Part shown: one piece after another, positions 34,963 through 44,492 of the stretch
How the letters are laid out: the number at the start of each line of letters is the position of its first letter
How positions within the stretch are numbered: position 1 is the stretch's first letter
DNA from: Patescibacteria group bacterium
GTDB taxonomy: Bacteria > Patescibacteriota > Minisyncoccia > UBA6257 > UBA9933
DNA length: 64,000 nucleotides
Assembly: GCA_038078555.1 (NCBI GenBank)
Contig: JBBTYQ010000001.1
Span: 60,966-124,965 of the forward strand
Direction: 5' to 3'
Position numbers and translations under genes: made by a program
The notes under the pieces: generated by a model
What the model saw: the letters and a program-made list of their open reading frames with translations, nothing else
Databases searched by the model: none
Told to the model about the DNA's origin: nothing

Positions 34963-36174
34963 ATGTTTATGAATGGCGAGAAAATAAAGAGTTTTGGCAA
35001 AGTTTTTTGGGGACCAGTGGTGATTGTTTGCGGAGTTTCTTTTTTTCTTGATCTTGTTTGGTTATCAAGATACTCAATGTCAGGAGAAGCGTTTGGTTTA
35101 GATATAAAGTGGAACTGGGGTTTGGCCGCGTTTCTTGCTCAATTGTTTTATCTTATAGCCAGTCTTCGGATGGTTGGACCTACGGAACTCGGGGCAAGGC
35201 TTTTTTTCGGAAAGCCTTTAAGCGAAATTTCATCTGGCTTGGTTTTTATTCCATTCGGGATTTGTGAGCTTAAGACAGAAACTCGGCTTACAATTCAGGA
35301 TGAAATTCCTGGTCCGCCCGAGCGCATCTGGAGAGAAAAGAAAGGGGAAGAAGGAGGAGAAGTTCCTTTAGGATATGTCCCTCCCATTAGGATTCCCTTC
35401 GGGTTTCCAAGAAGCGCAAAAGATCTCAAGGATTTAAGCATCAAGACTCCGGGGGGAGATGGGAAGCATTTAGATGCTCCGCCTGAAAATGATGCGCTCA
35501 ATATCAGAATTACAGCTGAAGTTGTTCCGGTAATACGTTGGCGAATTTCGGACTATCTTAAATTTTTAACCACAATCGGAAGCAGAGAAGAGGCGCGCAG
35601 GCAATTAGAAGACTGCGCTGTCGGCTCTCTTATAAGAGAATTTGCTAAGATTGCGCCTGCAGTTGCCTTGGCGAATCTCGGGACATACAGCTTTAATCTA
35701 GGAAAAGAAATAGAAGAACGGATTAAAGGATGGGGCATCGAGTTGGTGAGCTCTCAGATCAAAATGATTCAGTTTCATCGCGACTTGAATGAAGCCATAA
35801 GTAAGGTGTCGCAGGCAAAACTTGAAGCCGAAGCTCTTATTGCTTCGGCTGAAGCAAGAAAAAAAGAAGAACATCTTTTAGGTGAAGGAAAAGGAGCTGC
35901 GGAAAAAGCTGTACTTGACGGAAGAACGGAAGGTTTAAGAAATATGATAAAAGCGCTTGAAGTGCCGGCGCAGGTTATAATCGGCGCAGAAACAGCCAGG
36001 AAGATTACAGAAAATCCGGGTCAGAAAACAATAGTTGCCGGATCAGCTGGATTTGCTGATCTTATGGCAATAGGTTCTGTTTTAGGAGAGTCTCTCAAGG
36101 GAGAATCTCCAAAAAAAGAGTCTCTTAAGAAAGATTTTAAGAAAGAAGAGAATAAAAAGGAGGAGAAAAAATGA
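34963..36174 (+). CDS. SPFH/band-7 (stomatin/flotillin/HflKC-like) membrane protein
   Basis: 403 aa. N-terminal TM. SPFH core GLVFIPFGICELKTETRLTIQDE ... NIRITAEVVPVIRWRISDYLKF ... REEARRQLEDCAVGSLIREF. Ala/Glu-rich coiled coil AKLEAEALIASAEARKKEE. Strong SD aaaggagg. Local GC is visibly higher than in neighbouring genes. Confidence 0.65.
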   Translation: MFMNGEKIKSFGKVFWGPVVIVCGVSFFLDLVWLSRYSMSGEAFGLDIKWNWGLAAFLAQLFYLIASLRMVGPTELGARLFFGKPLSEISSGLVFIPFGICELKTETRLTIQDEIPGPPERIWREKKGEEGGEVPLGYVPPIRIPFGFPRSAKDLKDLSIKTPGGDGKHLDAPPENDALNIRITAEVVPVIRWRISDYLKFLTTIGSREEARRQLEDCAVGSLIREFAKIAPAVALANLGTYSFNLGKEIEERIKGWGIELVSSQIKMIQFHRDLNEAISKVSQAKLEAEALIASAEARKKEEHLLGEGKGAAEKAVLDGRTEGLRNMIKALEVPAQVIIGAETARKITENPGQKTIVAGSAGFADLMAIGSVLGESLKGESPKKESLKKDFKKEENKKEEKK

Positions 36175-36716
36175 GATTGGAGATGATTGTCTTCTTTGGT
36201 GCATTAGCGGCGATGATTTTTTATATGCTTCGCCGTCAAAGAATCAGAACTAAAGAAGCTAAAACAAATGGGCAGATAGGACCTGAAAAGCCAGCTAAGG
36301 ATGTTGTTAAAAAAGAAAAGAAAAAAAGCAGCATTTTTGGCACGGTGATAGTTCTTCTGATACTCGTACCTATCGGTTATTTGGGGTATGAGAAGTTAAG
36401 AGAAACTCAGCCGAGAACGCAGGCGATGGAATACGCGCTTTGCGCCGGAGGCGTTTATGACTTTGCCAATAACAAAATTCCTGGTAAAGTGCGAGTTGTT
36501 TTTAGGAATGATTGCTGGACTCAAGTAACTCTTCCTGCCACGGTAAGAGCCAGGACCGATTTCGACACAGATGCCGAGCTTGTTTTCATCGACGGAGCGC
36601 GGTATGTCGACGGTCCGGGCCGTCAGATATGGTACGGGAAATTCAGTCGCGAACTTTTTAAAGTTCGCGGAATAACTTCAAATGGGATTTTAAAAATCTC
36701 GTTTGAAGTAAGGTAG
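36171..36716 (+). CDS. Membrane protein translationally coupled to the SPFH gene (ATGA overlap); possible NfeD-like partner, function unknown
   Basis: 181 aa. Two TM helices, then a Cys-containing soluble C-terminal domain. Confidence 0.45.
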   Translation: MRLEMIVFFGALAAMIFYMLRRQRIRTKEAKTNGQIGPEKPAKDVVKKEKKKSSIFGTVIVLLILVPIGYLGYEKLRETQPRTQAMEYALCAGGVYDFANNKIPGKVRVVFRNDCWTQVTLPATVRARTDFDTDAELVFIDGARYVDGPGRQIWYGKFSRELFKVRGITSNGILKISFEVR

Positions 36717-36751
36717 TAAGAAAAAAAGAAAGGAGAGTGATAAAAATCAAA

Positions 36752-36786
36752 AGCCCCCGCATTTTATTGCGAGGGCTTTTTTATTT
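36752..36786. terminator. Bidirectional terminator
   Basis: aaaagcccccgcattttattgcgagggctttttt. Confidence 0.55.
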
Positions 36787-36809
36787 AACTGTAAAAACTA
36801 AAAACTAAT

Positions 36810-37166
36810 TTATCCTAAGAAGTTTGCCACAATTCTGTCTAAGGCAAATGCCAGAAGCGCAACAACTATTGCTATTGCGGCGTAAATAATTTGGTTTTTT
36901 GCATTGCCGACTTTTTCCGGATCGCCTCCGGATGTCAAATAAGTGAATGCCGCAAAAAGAATAAAGAACGCGGCAACCACAAAGAAAAGCGTATAAACCC
37001 AGCCTAAAATTCTCGTTACCACCGCATATAATCCCTGAATGTCGCTTATATTAGAAGGATTCGGCGCTCCGCCTCCGGGAAGAGGTGGTATTGTCAAAGC
37101 TAATGATGAGCTTGCGAATATCGATAAGCCGATAAGGACAGTTAATAAAATTAGGGAAATTTTCAT
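36810..37166 (-). CDS. Pilin-like small secreted two-TM protein, paralog 4 (VirB2/TrbC-like topology; putative T4SS-type pilin)
   Basis: 118 aa. Signal peptide, then TM1 LFFVVAAFFILFAAFTYL, loop TSGGDPEKVGNAKNQ, TM2 IIYAAIAIVVALLAFAL. Confidence 0.55.
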   Translation of the reverse strand: MKISLILLTVLIGLSIFASSSLALTIPPLPGGGAPNPSNISDIQGLYAVVTRILGWVYTLFFVVAAFFILFAAFTYLTSGGDPEKVGNAKNQIIYAAIAIVVALLAFALDRIVANFLG

Positions 37167-37237
37167 TGAAATTTTTATAACTTTTATAATTACGAGCCTG
37201 ATATGTTCTCGACCTTTTTAATCTATAAATTATAGCA

Positions 37238-37585
37238 TCATTGCAGGAATTTACTAATAATTACGTCAAAACTGAACGCTAATAAAGCTACTATAATGGC
37301 AATCACCGCATAAAGAATCCGCTTATTGGATTCTGTGATTTTTGTCGGGTCGCCTTGGGCGGTTAAATAAGAGAAAGCGGCTATAATAATAAAAAAAGCC
37401 GCAACAATGAAAAATAGCGTATAAGCCCAACCGAGAATTTTTTCAAAAATGCGGAATATGTCATTAAAACTTTTTATCGGCGAATCAGAAGGCGCGCCAG
37501 CCGCATTGATAAAAAAGATAGGGATAAAAATCAATAAGGCAGATAGCGAGAGTTTTTTAAAATATTTCTTGGATAATATTGTCAT
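37238..37585 (-). CDS. Pilin-like small secreted two-TM protein, paralog 3
   Basis: 115 aa. ...ILGWAYTLFFIVAAFFIIIAAFSYLTAQGDPTKITESNKRILYAVIAIIVALLAFSF.. is about 70% identical to paralog 4 over the core. Confidence 0.55.
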   Translation of the reverse strand: MTILSKKYFKKLSLSALLIFIPIFFINAAGAPSDSPIKSFNDIFRIFEKILGWAYTLFFIVAAFFIIIAAFSYLTAQGDPTKITESNKRILYAVIAIIVALLAFSFDVIISKFLQ

Positions 37586-37592
37586 AAAAAGT

Positions 37593-37955
37593 TTAAATTA
37601 ATTTTGCTCCTAAGGCTTCTTGAATAATGTAAATTACGCCCCACGAACAGATGATAACGGCATAACCTATTGCGGCCCACATAATTGTCTTCCTTCCGCT
37701 TATTACTTGATCCGGCTTGTCGCCGGCGGTAAGTATCAAAAATCCGCCGTAAAGCACCATTAAAGCGACAATTGGGGCGCCGAGCTTGATTAAATAGCCG
37801 ATAATTCTTTGAACTAATTGAAGAAAAGTTTGGTCTTGCAAAGGATCTCTTAATCCTCCTGTTTCAAGAACTCCGGCAGCCAAAGCTGTTTGAAGCGAAA
37901 AGAAATAAGCAGAAACAAAAAACGATAAAATGTATTTTTTTGAGAAATTACCCAT
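37593..37955 (-). CDS. Pilin-like small secreted two-TM protein, paralog 2
   Basis: 120 aa. Signal peptide. ...LMVLYGGFLILTAGDKPDQVISGRKTIMWAAIGYAVII.. Same topology and the same LT(A/S)xGD motif. Confidence 0.5.
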   Translation of the reverse strand: MGNFSKKYILSFFVSAYFFSLQTALAAGVLETGGLRDPLQDQTFLQLVQRIIGYLIKLGAPIVALMVLYGGFLILTAGDKPDQVISGRKTIMWAAIGYAVIICSWGVIYIIQEALGAKLI

Positions 37956-38025
37956 TTATTTTATTATTTGATAATTGATATTTAAAGTCAATCCCGCGCG
38001 ATTTATGATTTTGTGGCACAGATAT

Positions 38026-38436
38026 TTAACAGTGGATTGCCGTTCTTATTTCCAATGGATTAAACGGCTGGCCGGTTAAAAGCATAAGCAATTCTTTGAT
38101 TATCAGCCAGGCGGCTAGCGCTATTAAGAGCCCGATTACCGCGGCTTTAATAACATCTCCCCCTCTTTTGAGTTCGCTGGCAGAGTCTCGGCTTATCATA
38201 ATTACAAAACCGCCGTAAATTATGAAAATAACTGTTAAAGGAATAGCAACGCTATAAAGCGCAAAATTTATAATATTTTCTCCGAGAGTCAGTAAATCGC
38301 AAAACTTGCAACTTGCTCCTTCGCAAGGAATAAGCCCGGCGGCGCTTGCCATAAAAGGAGAATTTAAAATCGTAAACAAAAAAATAACAGCATAAAAAGC
38401 AAAAATTTTAAATTTTAAATAATTTTGACTTTTCAT
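38026..38436 (-). CDS. Pilin-like small secreted two-TM protein, paralog 1 (more divergent, Cys-containing)
   Basis: 136 aa. Signal peptide. ...FIIYGGFVIMISRDSASELKRGGDVIKAAVIGLLIALAAWLI... Confidence 0.45.
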   Translation of the reverse strand: MKSQNYLKFKIFAFYAVIFLFTILNSPFMASAAGLIPCEGASCKFCDLLTLGENIINFALYSVAIPLTVIFIIYGGFVIMISRDSASELKRGGDVIKAAVIGLLIALAAWLIIKELLMLLTGQPFNPLEIRTAIHC

Positions 38437-38438
38437 TT

Positions 38439-39746
38439 TTATTTTAGCGAATTTATTTTACTTTCCGCTTCTTCGAGCGCTTTTTGAGGCGATAATCGGC
38501 CGGCTAAAACCGCTTCAATCGCATCAGAAAAAATTTTTCTTGATTCATTGGCATCCGGCTGGGGCCAGGATTCTGCGGTTAAGGCTTGAGCGGCAAAAAT
38601 TCCCAAATTATCATCAGCTTGGTATTTTGTGATTAGAGACCTCAAAGCCGGAGGCCGTTTGCTGGCTTCTAAATATTTTTCAGCGATCTCGGGATTGCCA
38701 AAGCTTGAGACAATAAAATTCCATGCCCAAGCATTATTTTTGCTTTGCTTGGAAACTGCCAATCCCCAATAATCAGGATAATTTTTTTTATCAGTAGCTT
38801 CAATATTTTCCATTTGCAGCATTGGCGCAATTGCAATGTTTAAAAAGGGATTTTTTGATTTAATTATTGAAATAGCCGAGCTGTAATCAAAGATTGCGGC
38901 TGTTTGGCCTTGACTGAAGCTATCCAAAGAATTTCGCAGATTATCGCTCCATGTGTAATAAATATTTTGCGGATTGCTAAAACTCAAATAAAAATTGAAA
39001 GCTTCCAGTCCTTCGTCGTGGCTGAAAATAGGTTTGTCTCGCTCGTCGATTATACTTGATCCGAATTGCATCATTATCAAATTTAATAAGTCCGAAGCAT
39101 TGGCAATGCTTTTTCCCGAGCCGCCGATAGCTGCCGCTGATTTGATAATTCTGTTACTAGGGTCAACTTCTGTTAATCGCGGAATAATATATTTAAATTG
39201 AGTCCAATTATTTGGAGCAATTGCTATGCCTTTGGCATCGAAAATGCCTTTATTGTAAATAAAAGCCAAAGTGTCGATATAAATTGGTAAAGCGTAAATT
39301 TTTTCTGATTCTTCAGGCGTTTGTTTAAGGACAAAATCCTGTTTTACGACACTCGGAAAACTTTCGCTGAAACTTTTTAAAGTTAATTGTTCGGAATTTA
39401 TCGGAGAAATAATTTCCGAGTATTTCGGCAGCCAGCTGTTATGAATCATGAAAATATCCGGTCCTTTTCCGCCGGCTAGCGAAGAAATAAGCTGGCTCTC
39501 ATAATTCTTTTCGCTTAATTGGAGATAATTTATCTGTACGCTCTGATAAATTTGATTATAGGCTTCAATTAAAGGGCGCATATTGTTTTCTTCCTCAATG
39601 CCCCAGATGTTTATTGTCACTCCTTCTCCGCTTCCGTTATTTGACGACCTTAATCCCGGAATAACGCCGATAATTACCAAAATAAAAAATAAAATAATTC
39701 CGCCGGCAGCGGCAATAATGATAATTTGGTTACGGGAAAAATTCAT
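38439..39746 (-). CDS. Membrane-anchored extracellular solute-binding protein, family 1 (sugar-binding MalE-like); orphan
   Basis: 435 aa. N-terminal TM anchor. The SBP_bac_1-like pattern includes PDIFMIHNSWLPKY and the C-terminal helix AIEAVLAGRLSPQKALEEAESKIN. Confidence 0.6.
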   Translation of the reverse strand: MNFSRNQIIIIAAAGGIILFFILVIIGVIPGLRSSNNGSGEGVTINIWGIEEENNMRPLIEAYNQIYQSVQINYLQLSEKNYESQLISSLAGGKGPDIFMIHNSWLPKYSEIISPINSEQLTLKSFSESFPSVVKQDFVLKQTPEESEKIYALPIYIDTLAFIYNKGIFDAKGIAIAPNNWTQFKYIIPRLTEVDPSNRIIKSAAAIGGSGKSIANASDLLNLIMMQFGSSIIDERDKPIFSHDEGLEAFNFYLSFSNPQNIYYTWSDNLRNSLDSFSQGQTAAIFDYSSAISIIKSKNPFLNIAIAPMLQMENIEATDKKNYPDYWGLAVSKQSKNNAWAWNFIVSSFGNPEIAEKYLEASKRPPALRSLITKYQADDNLGIFAAQALTAESWPQPDANESRKIFSDAIEAVLAGRLSPQKALEEAESKINSLK

Positions 39747-39765
39747 AAAATTTACGCCTTTATTT

Positions 39766-42210
39766 TTATAATATAACCACGCCTGCCACCTTATCCCCTG
39801 CTTTTAATTTCATTATTCTCACTCCGGAAGTGGCGCGGCCGGCAGTTCTGATATCAGCGATTTTTGTTTTAATGATTTGGCCTTTGCTTGAGAGCGCTAA
39901 AAGCTCTTCTTCATCGCTGATAATTTGAGCTGAAATAATCAAACCGGTTTTAGCCGAGATTTTTGCGGTTTTGATTCCACTGCCTCCCCGGCTTTGGATT
40001 TTGTATTCTTTGAGATTGGTTTGCTTGGCAAATCCGTTCTCGGTTACTATCAACAATTTCTCGTTTTTTCCCAATCCTTTTTCGCTTGTTTTCATTATAT
40101 CAAGTCCAGCCACAAAATCACCTTTTTTTAATCTGATTGATTTCACGCCGGAGGCGTTTCGTCCCATTGGCCGCAGTTGAGATTCTTTAAATCTTATTGC
40201 CTGGCCTTGAGCTGTCGGAGTTATTACTTCGTCTTTTCCCGAAGACAGCTTCACCCATTTTAATTCGTCGCCCTTGGAAAGATTTATAGCGATTATTCCA
40301 GTTTTTCTGATATTAAAAAAATCTTCTAAGGGCGTTTTCTTAATAACTCCTTCCTTGGTGGCCATTACCAAAAAGTTATCGATTAATTTTTCCGGATAAC
40401 TTACAATTGCGCTTACTTTTTCTTCAGACGGAATTTCCAAAAAATTTTGGATTAATTTGCCTTTGGAAATTCGGCTGGCGGCGGGAATTTCATAAACTTT
40501 GGTTTGATAAACTCTGCCTCGGTCGGTAAAAAATAAAATATTGTCGTGAGTGTCGGCCGCAAGAAAATGGCTGATAAAATCTTCTTCCCCGACTTCCGAA
40601 CCAATCAGGCCTTTGCCGCCTCGGCGCTGGATTTTAAATGTCGTCGGCGGCACTCTTTTGATATAACCGCTTGAAGACAGCGTGATAACCGCCTCTTCCT
40701 GAGGAATCAAATCTTCTTCTTTGAATTCTTTGAGTACTCCGCTTGCCACCTTTGTTCTGCGTTCATCGCCGTATTTTTCCTTGATTTCTAAAAGCTCGTC
40801 TTTGACAACTTTAAGTATTTTGGCCGGGCTTTTAAGAAGCGCTTCCAGTTCAGCGATTAATTTTTTCTTTTCCTTGAGCTCATCTTCTATTTTTTGTCTC
40901 TCTAAAGCCGCTAACGCTCTTAGCTTCATTTCCAAAATCGCCTGAGCCTGAATATCGGTAAGCTTGAATTCTTTTATCAGCTTTTGCCGGGCTTCTTCCG
41001 TGTCTTTTGATTTTTTAATTGTGGCAATTATTTTATCAATTACCGAAAGAGCCTTTGCCAAGCCTTCCAATATATGAGCTCTTTCTTTGGCTTTTTTAAG
41101 GTCAAATTGGACTCGGTGTTCAATAACTTTTTTGCGGTGTTCCGAATAGGCCGCCAAAATGTCCTTTAATGACATTAGTTGCGGCTGAATTCCATTTGCC
41201 AGCGCAATCAAATTAAGATGAAAATCTTTTTGAAGGTCAGTGTGCTTATAAAGAGAATTTAAAATCTTCTGGGCCGAGGCGCTGCCTTTGACTTCAATTA
41301 CTATTCGTATGCCTTCGCGGTCGCTTTCGTCCCGAACGTCTTTAATGCCTTCAATTCTTTTATCCTGAACCAGCTCTGCTATTTTTATTATTAACTCCGA
41401 TTTATTTACCTGATAAGGAATTTCGGTGATTACTATATTAAATTGGCCTTCTTTGCCGCGTTCTATTATTTCTGCTTTGGCTCTGGTGGTAATCGGCCCT
41501 TTGCCGGAGCTATAAGTTTCCACCATGGATTTTTTGTCATAAATAATTCCGCCGGTGGGAAAATCAGGGCCTTGGACGAATTGCAATAAATCTTCAGTTG
41601 ATGACTTGGGGTTATCAATAAGATGAACAGTCGCATCGACAATTTCTGATAAGTTATGGGGAGGAACATTGGTAGTCATGCCGACCGCAATGCCGGAAGT
41701 TCCATTAAGGAGAAAATTAGGCAATTTTGAAGGAAGTACTTTTGGCTCTAATTTTGTGGCATCGTAATTTTGCTGCCAATCAACAGTTTCTTTTTCTATA
41801 TCAACAAGCATTTCTTCCGCAATTTTTGATAATCGGCACTCTGTGTATCTCATCGCCGCTTGATTATCGCCGTCGATTGATCCCCAGTTGCCTTGGCCTT
41901 CTATTAAAGGATAACGCAGAGAAAAATCCTGAGTCATTCTGGCTAAGGCGTCGTAAACCGCAATATCGCCGTGCGGGTGGTATTTACCGAGTACTTCTCC
42001 GACCACATTAGCCGACTTTCTGAATTTAACAGAATGTGTTAATCCGCTTTCCCACATTGCCCAAAGGATTCTTCGGTGAACCGGTTTTAAGCCGTCTCGG
42101 ACATCCGGCAAGGCGCGGGAAACAATTACGGACATTGCATAATCAAGATAAGATTCCTGAAGTTCTTTGGTTATATCCTTTTTTTCAATTTTTTGTGAAC
42201 TATTATCCAT
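39766..42210 (-). CDS. gyrA: DNA gyrase subunit A
   Basis: 814 aa. Motifs [29 protein letters not shown] and the active-site region are present. C-terminal beta-pinwheel repeats. Confidence 0.95.
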   Translation of the reverse strand: MDNSSQKIEKKDITKELQESYLDYAMSVIVSRALPDVRDGLKPVHRRILWAMWESGLTHSVKFRKSANVVGEVLGKYHPHGDIAVYDALARMTQDFSLRYPLIEGQGNWGSIDGDNQAAMRYTECRLSKIAEEMLVDIEKETVDWQQNYDATKLEPKVLPSKLPNFLLNGTSGIAVGMTTNVPPHNLSEIVDATVHLIDNPKSSTEDLLQFVQGPDFPTGGIIYDKKSMVETYSSGKGPITTRAKAEIIERGKEGQFNIVITEIPYQVNKSELIIKIAELVQDKRIEGIKDVRDESDREGIRIVIEVKGSASAQKILNSLYKHTDLQKDFHLNLIALANGIQPQLMSLKDILAAYSEHRKKVIEHRVQFDLKKAKERAHILEGLAKALSVIDKIIATIKKSKDTEEARQKLIKEFKLTDIQAQAILEMKLRALAALERQKIEDELKEKKKLIAELEALLKSPAKILKVVKDELLEIKEKYGDERRTKVASGVLKEFKEEDLIPQEEAVITLSSSGYIKRVPPTTFKIQRRGGKGLIGSEVGEEDFISHFLAADTHDNILFFTDRGRVYQTKVYEIPAASRISKGKLIQNFLEIPSEEKVSAIVSYPEKLIDNFLVMATKEGVIKKTPLEDFFNIRKTGIIAINLSKGDELKWVKLSSGKDEVITPTAQGQAIRFKESQLRPMGRNASGVKSIRLKKGDFVAGLDIMKTSEKGLGKNEKLLIVTENGFAKQTNLKEYKIQSRGGSGIKTAKISAKTGLIISAQIISDEEELLALSSKGQIIKTKIADIRTAGRATSGVRIMKLKAGDKVAGVVIL

Positions 42211-42214
42211 AAAA

Positions 42215-42505
42215 TTAATTTTCTATAATGATTGTCCTTTGCCCGATAATTTTAGAAATAATTTCTTGGCTATTGTCTTTTATTGACGAGCTGGTAATTT
42301 TTATCCCAGCGCTAAAAATTTGCCAAAAACCAATCTCGGTTTTTTCAGTTTTTTTTGAAACAGTCCTGTCAAAAAAATAATTAAGGTAGACAAGCCAAAA
42401 TGCAATTATTAAAACTGCCGATATTGAGCTTAAGGCGATCAGCCAGATTTTTTTGGCGCTTTCGCTGGAATTTTGAATTTTTTCTAAATGCGTTCTTAGA
42501 GACAT
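42215..42505 (-). CDS. Small membrane protein
   Basis: 96 aa with one TM helix. Confidence 0.35.
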   Translation of the reverse strand: MSLRTHLEKIQNSSESAKKIWLIALSSISAVLIIAFWLVYLNYFFDRTVSKKTEKTEIGFWQIFSAGIKITSSSIKDNSQEIISKIIGQRTIIIEN

Positions 42506-42509
42506 ATTT

Positions 42510-43139
42510 TTATATTTTCAAAACAACAACCTGAGCTGATTTGATATCTGCTAAATCTTTCTTTTTAACGGAAAATTTTTCTTGAGGCTCTATTTTTTGA
42601 TGATTTGCTTCTTCTAAAAATTCTTTTAAATCATCGGACGGTCTTTTTAATCCGGAGACTTTATAAAAAGAAGGAATGACTATTTTGGGCTCGATTTGTT
42701 TTATCAGTTTGGCAGCCAAGGCTTGATTCAAAAACGGCTTGCCGCCAGCCGGAATAAATAATACATCAACCTCTTCAAGGAATTCGGAAATTTCCGGGCT
42801 GGGCATTTCTGAAATATGGCCGAGCAGACAAAGTTTCAACCCCTCAGCTTTTAATAAGTAAACGGTTTTAAGAAATTTTTCAGAAGATTCTTTTATCAAG
42901 CCAAAACCTTGGATGTCTATATTTTTTGCGTTGTATTGGCCAGGCCCGAAAATTTCCGTAACCTCCGTATCCAAAAGGTCGGTTTTTTTCAGCGGATAAG
43001 GTGCGAGCGTTTTAATTAATAAGTCAAATTTAAATCTAGGCACGGAAAGGCCGCTTTGAGATTCAAATGGATCAATTAAAACAGTTGCTTCTCCAACTTG
43101 CATTTTGAAACAACCTTCTCCGTAATAAGATATAACCAT
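42510..43139 (-). CDS. MBL-fold metal-dependent hydrolase (UPF0173-like)
   Basis: 209 aa. GEATVLIDPF ... LCLLGHISEMP pattern. Confidence 0.45.
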   Translation of the reverse strand: MVISYYGEGCFKMQVGEATVLIDPFESQSGLSVPRFKFDLLIKTLAPYPLKKTDLLDTEVTEIFGPGQYNAKNIDIQGFGLIKESSEKFLKTVYLLKAEGLKLCLLGHISEMPSPEISEFLEEVDVLFIPAGGKPFLNQALAAKLIKQIEPKIVIPSFYKVSGLKRPSDDLKEFLEEANHQKIEPQEKFSVKKKDLADIKSAQVVVLKI

Positions 43140-43254
43140 AATTTTATTCTCGAGCTCTTTTAACTATTATTAAAAAACGCTTTGCGATTAATGCTAAGCG
43201 GTTTATTCATTATATCACTGCCCCTCTTGATTTTCAACAGCTAGTATTCTATTA

Positions 43255-44370
43255 TTGGCATTACTATTTATATATATGAGCGTTCAAGAAGCAGTCAAAA
43301 AAATATCTTCTTTATCTCAGCTTATTAAGAATTCACCCGAGCTGGCTTCTTTTCTTAGGGCTGGCGATTTAATTGAGGCTAAATTTTTGGGTAAGCGTAA
43401 AGGTGCGGCTTATTTCGATTTAAATAAATTCGGCACTGGTATCGTTTTTGGTTTTGAATTGGTTAATGCAAAGGAAATTGTTAAAAATCTTAAGGTTGGG
43501 GACGTCGTTAGCGCTAAAGTTGTTTCCTTAGAAAACGAAGAGGGTTATGCCGAACTTTCTTTAGCCGGAGCCTCTAAACAGCAAGGCTGGCAAAATCTTA
43601 AAGAGATTATGGAAACTAACGAGATTTTAACTATTAAAGTAATCGGCGCCAATAGCGGCGGATTAATCAGCGAAATTAATGATATTAAAGCGTTTCTTCC
43701 GGTTTCTCATCTTTCTTCCGAGCATTATCCCCGGATGGAAAGCAATGAAAAAGAAAAAATTTTGGCTGAGCTCAGAAAATTTGTCGGTCAAGATTTAAAA
43801 GTAAAAATCCTGGATCTTAATTCCCGCGTTGGCAAGCTAATTATTTCCGAAAGAGGCGCAATTGAGGAAGATATTAAAAAATTACTGGAAAAATATAAAG
43901 TCGGAGATATTGTCGAAGGCATTATTTCCGGCGTGACTAATTTTGGCGCCTTTGTCCGGTTTGTCGATGAGCCGGCTATTGAAGGGCTTATTCACCTTTC
44001 AGAGCTTGAGCATAGAATAATTGAAAGCCCCAAAGAAGTGGTTAAAGTTGATGAAGCGGTAAAAGTAAAAATAATAGAAATTAAAGACAGCCAAGTTTTT
44101 CTTTCGTTGAAAGCCATCAAATTAGACCCTTGGGATAAAATCGAAGAAAAATTCAAGGAAAAGCAAGAAGTTAAAGGAATTGTTTGTAAATTTTATCCGT
44201 TCGGCGCTCTGATTAATCTGGAGCATGGTCTTCAGGGACTTATTAATGTTGCAGAATTTGGCGGAGTTGAAGAAATGAAAAGCAACTTGGAGCCGGGCAA
44301 GGAATACCAATTCATTATTGATTTGATAAAACCTCAGGAGAAAAGAATTATCCTAAAAATAAAAAAATAA
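43255..44370 (+). CDS. rpsA: Ribosomal protein S1-like protein with four S1 domains
   Basis: 371 aa. Repeated S1-domain segments such as GDIVEGIISGVTNFGAFVRF and GDVVSAKVVSLENEEGYAELS. Confidence 0.7.
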   Translation: MALLFIYMSVQEAVKKISSLSQLIKNSPELASFLRAGDLIEAKFLGKRKGAAYFDLNKFGTGIVFGFELVNAKEIVKNLKVGDVVSAKVVSLENEEGYAELSLAGASKQQGWQNLKEIMETNEILTIKVIGANSGGLISEINDIKAFLPVSHLSSEHYPRMESNEKEKILAELRKFVGQDLKVKILDLNSRVGKLIISERGAIEEDIKKLLEKYKVGDIVEGIISGVTNFGAFVRFVDEPAIEGLIHLSELEHRIIESPKEVVKVDEAVKVKIIEIKDSQVFLSLKAIKLDPWDKIEEKFKEKQEVKGIVCKFYPFGALINLEHGLQGLINVAEFGGVEEMKSNLEPGKEYQFIIDLIKPQEKRIILKIKK

Positions 44371-44376
44371 ATTTTT

Positions 44377-44405
44377 AAAACCCCGAAAAATTCGGGGATT
44401 TTTAT
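44377..44405 (+). terminator. Rho-independent terminator
   Basis: aaaaccccgaaaaattcggggattttt. Confidence 0.6.
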
Positions 44406-44492
44406 TGACAAATTTAATTTCTCAGGCAATACTATTCTTTCGTGCGTAAATCGTGCATGGATGTTCTTTGAAAATTTCTAAGGGGGATTGTA

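Noticed and set aside
36810-38436. Calling the four small membrane proteins type IV (PilA-like) pilins serviced by the GspE/PilB ATPase at 18734.
   Set aside because: They lack the class III signal peptide or prepilin-peptidase motif (G/FTLIE). They have a two-TM VirB2/TrbC-like topology instead.
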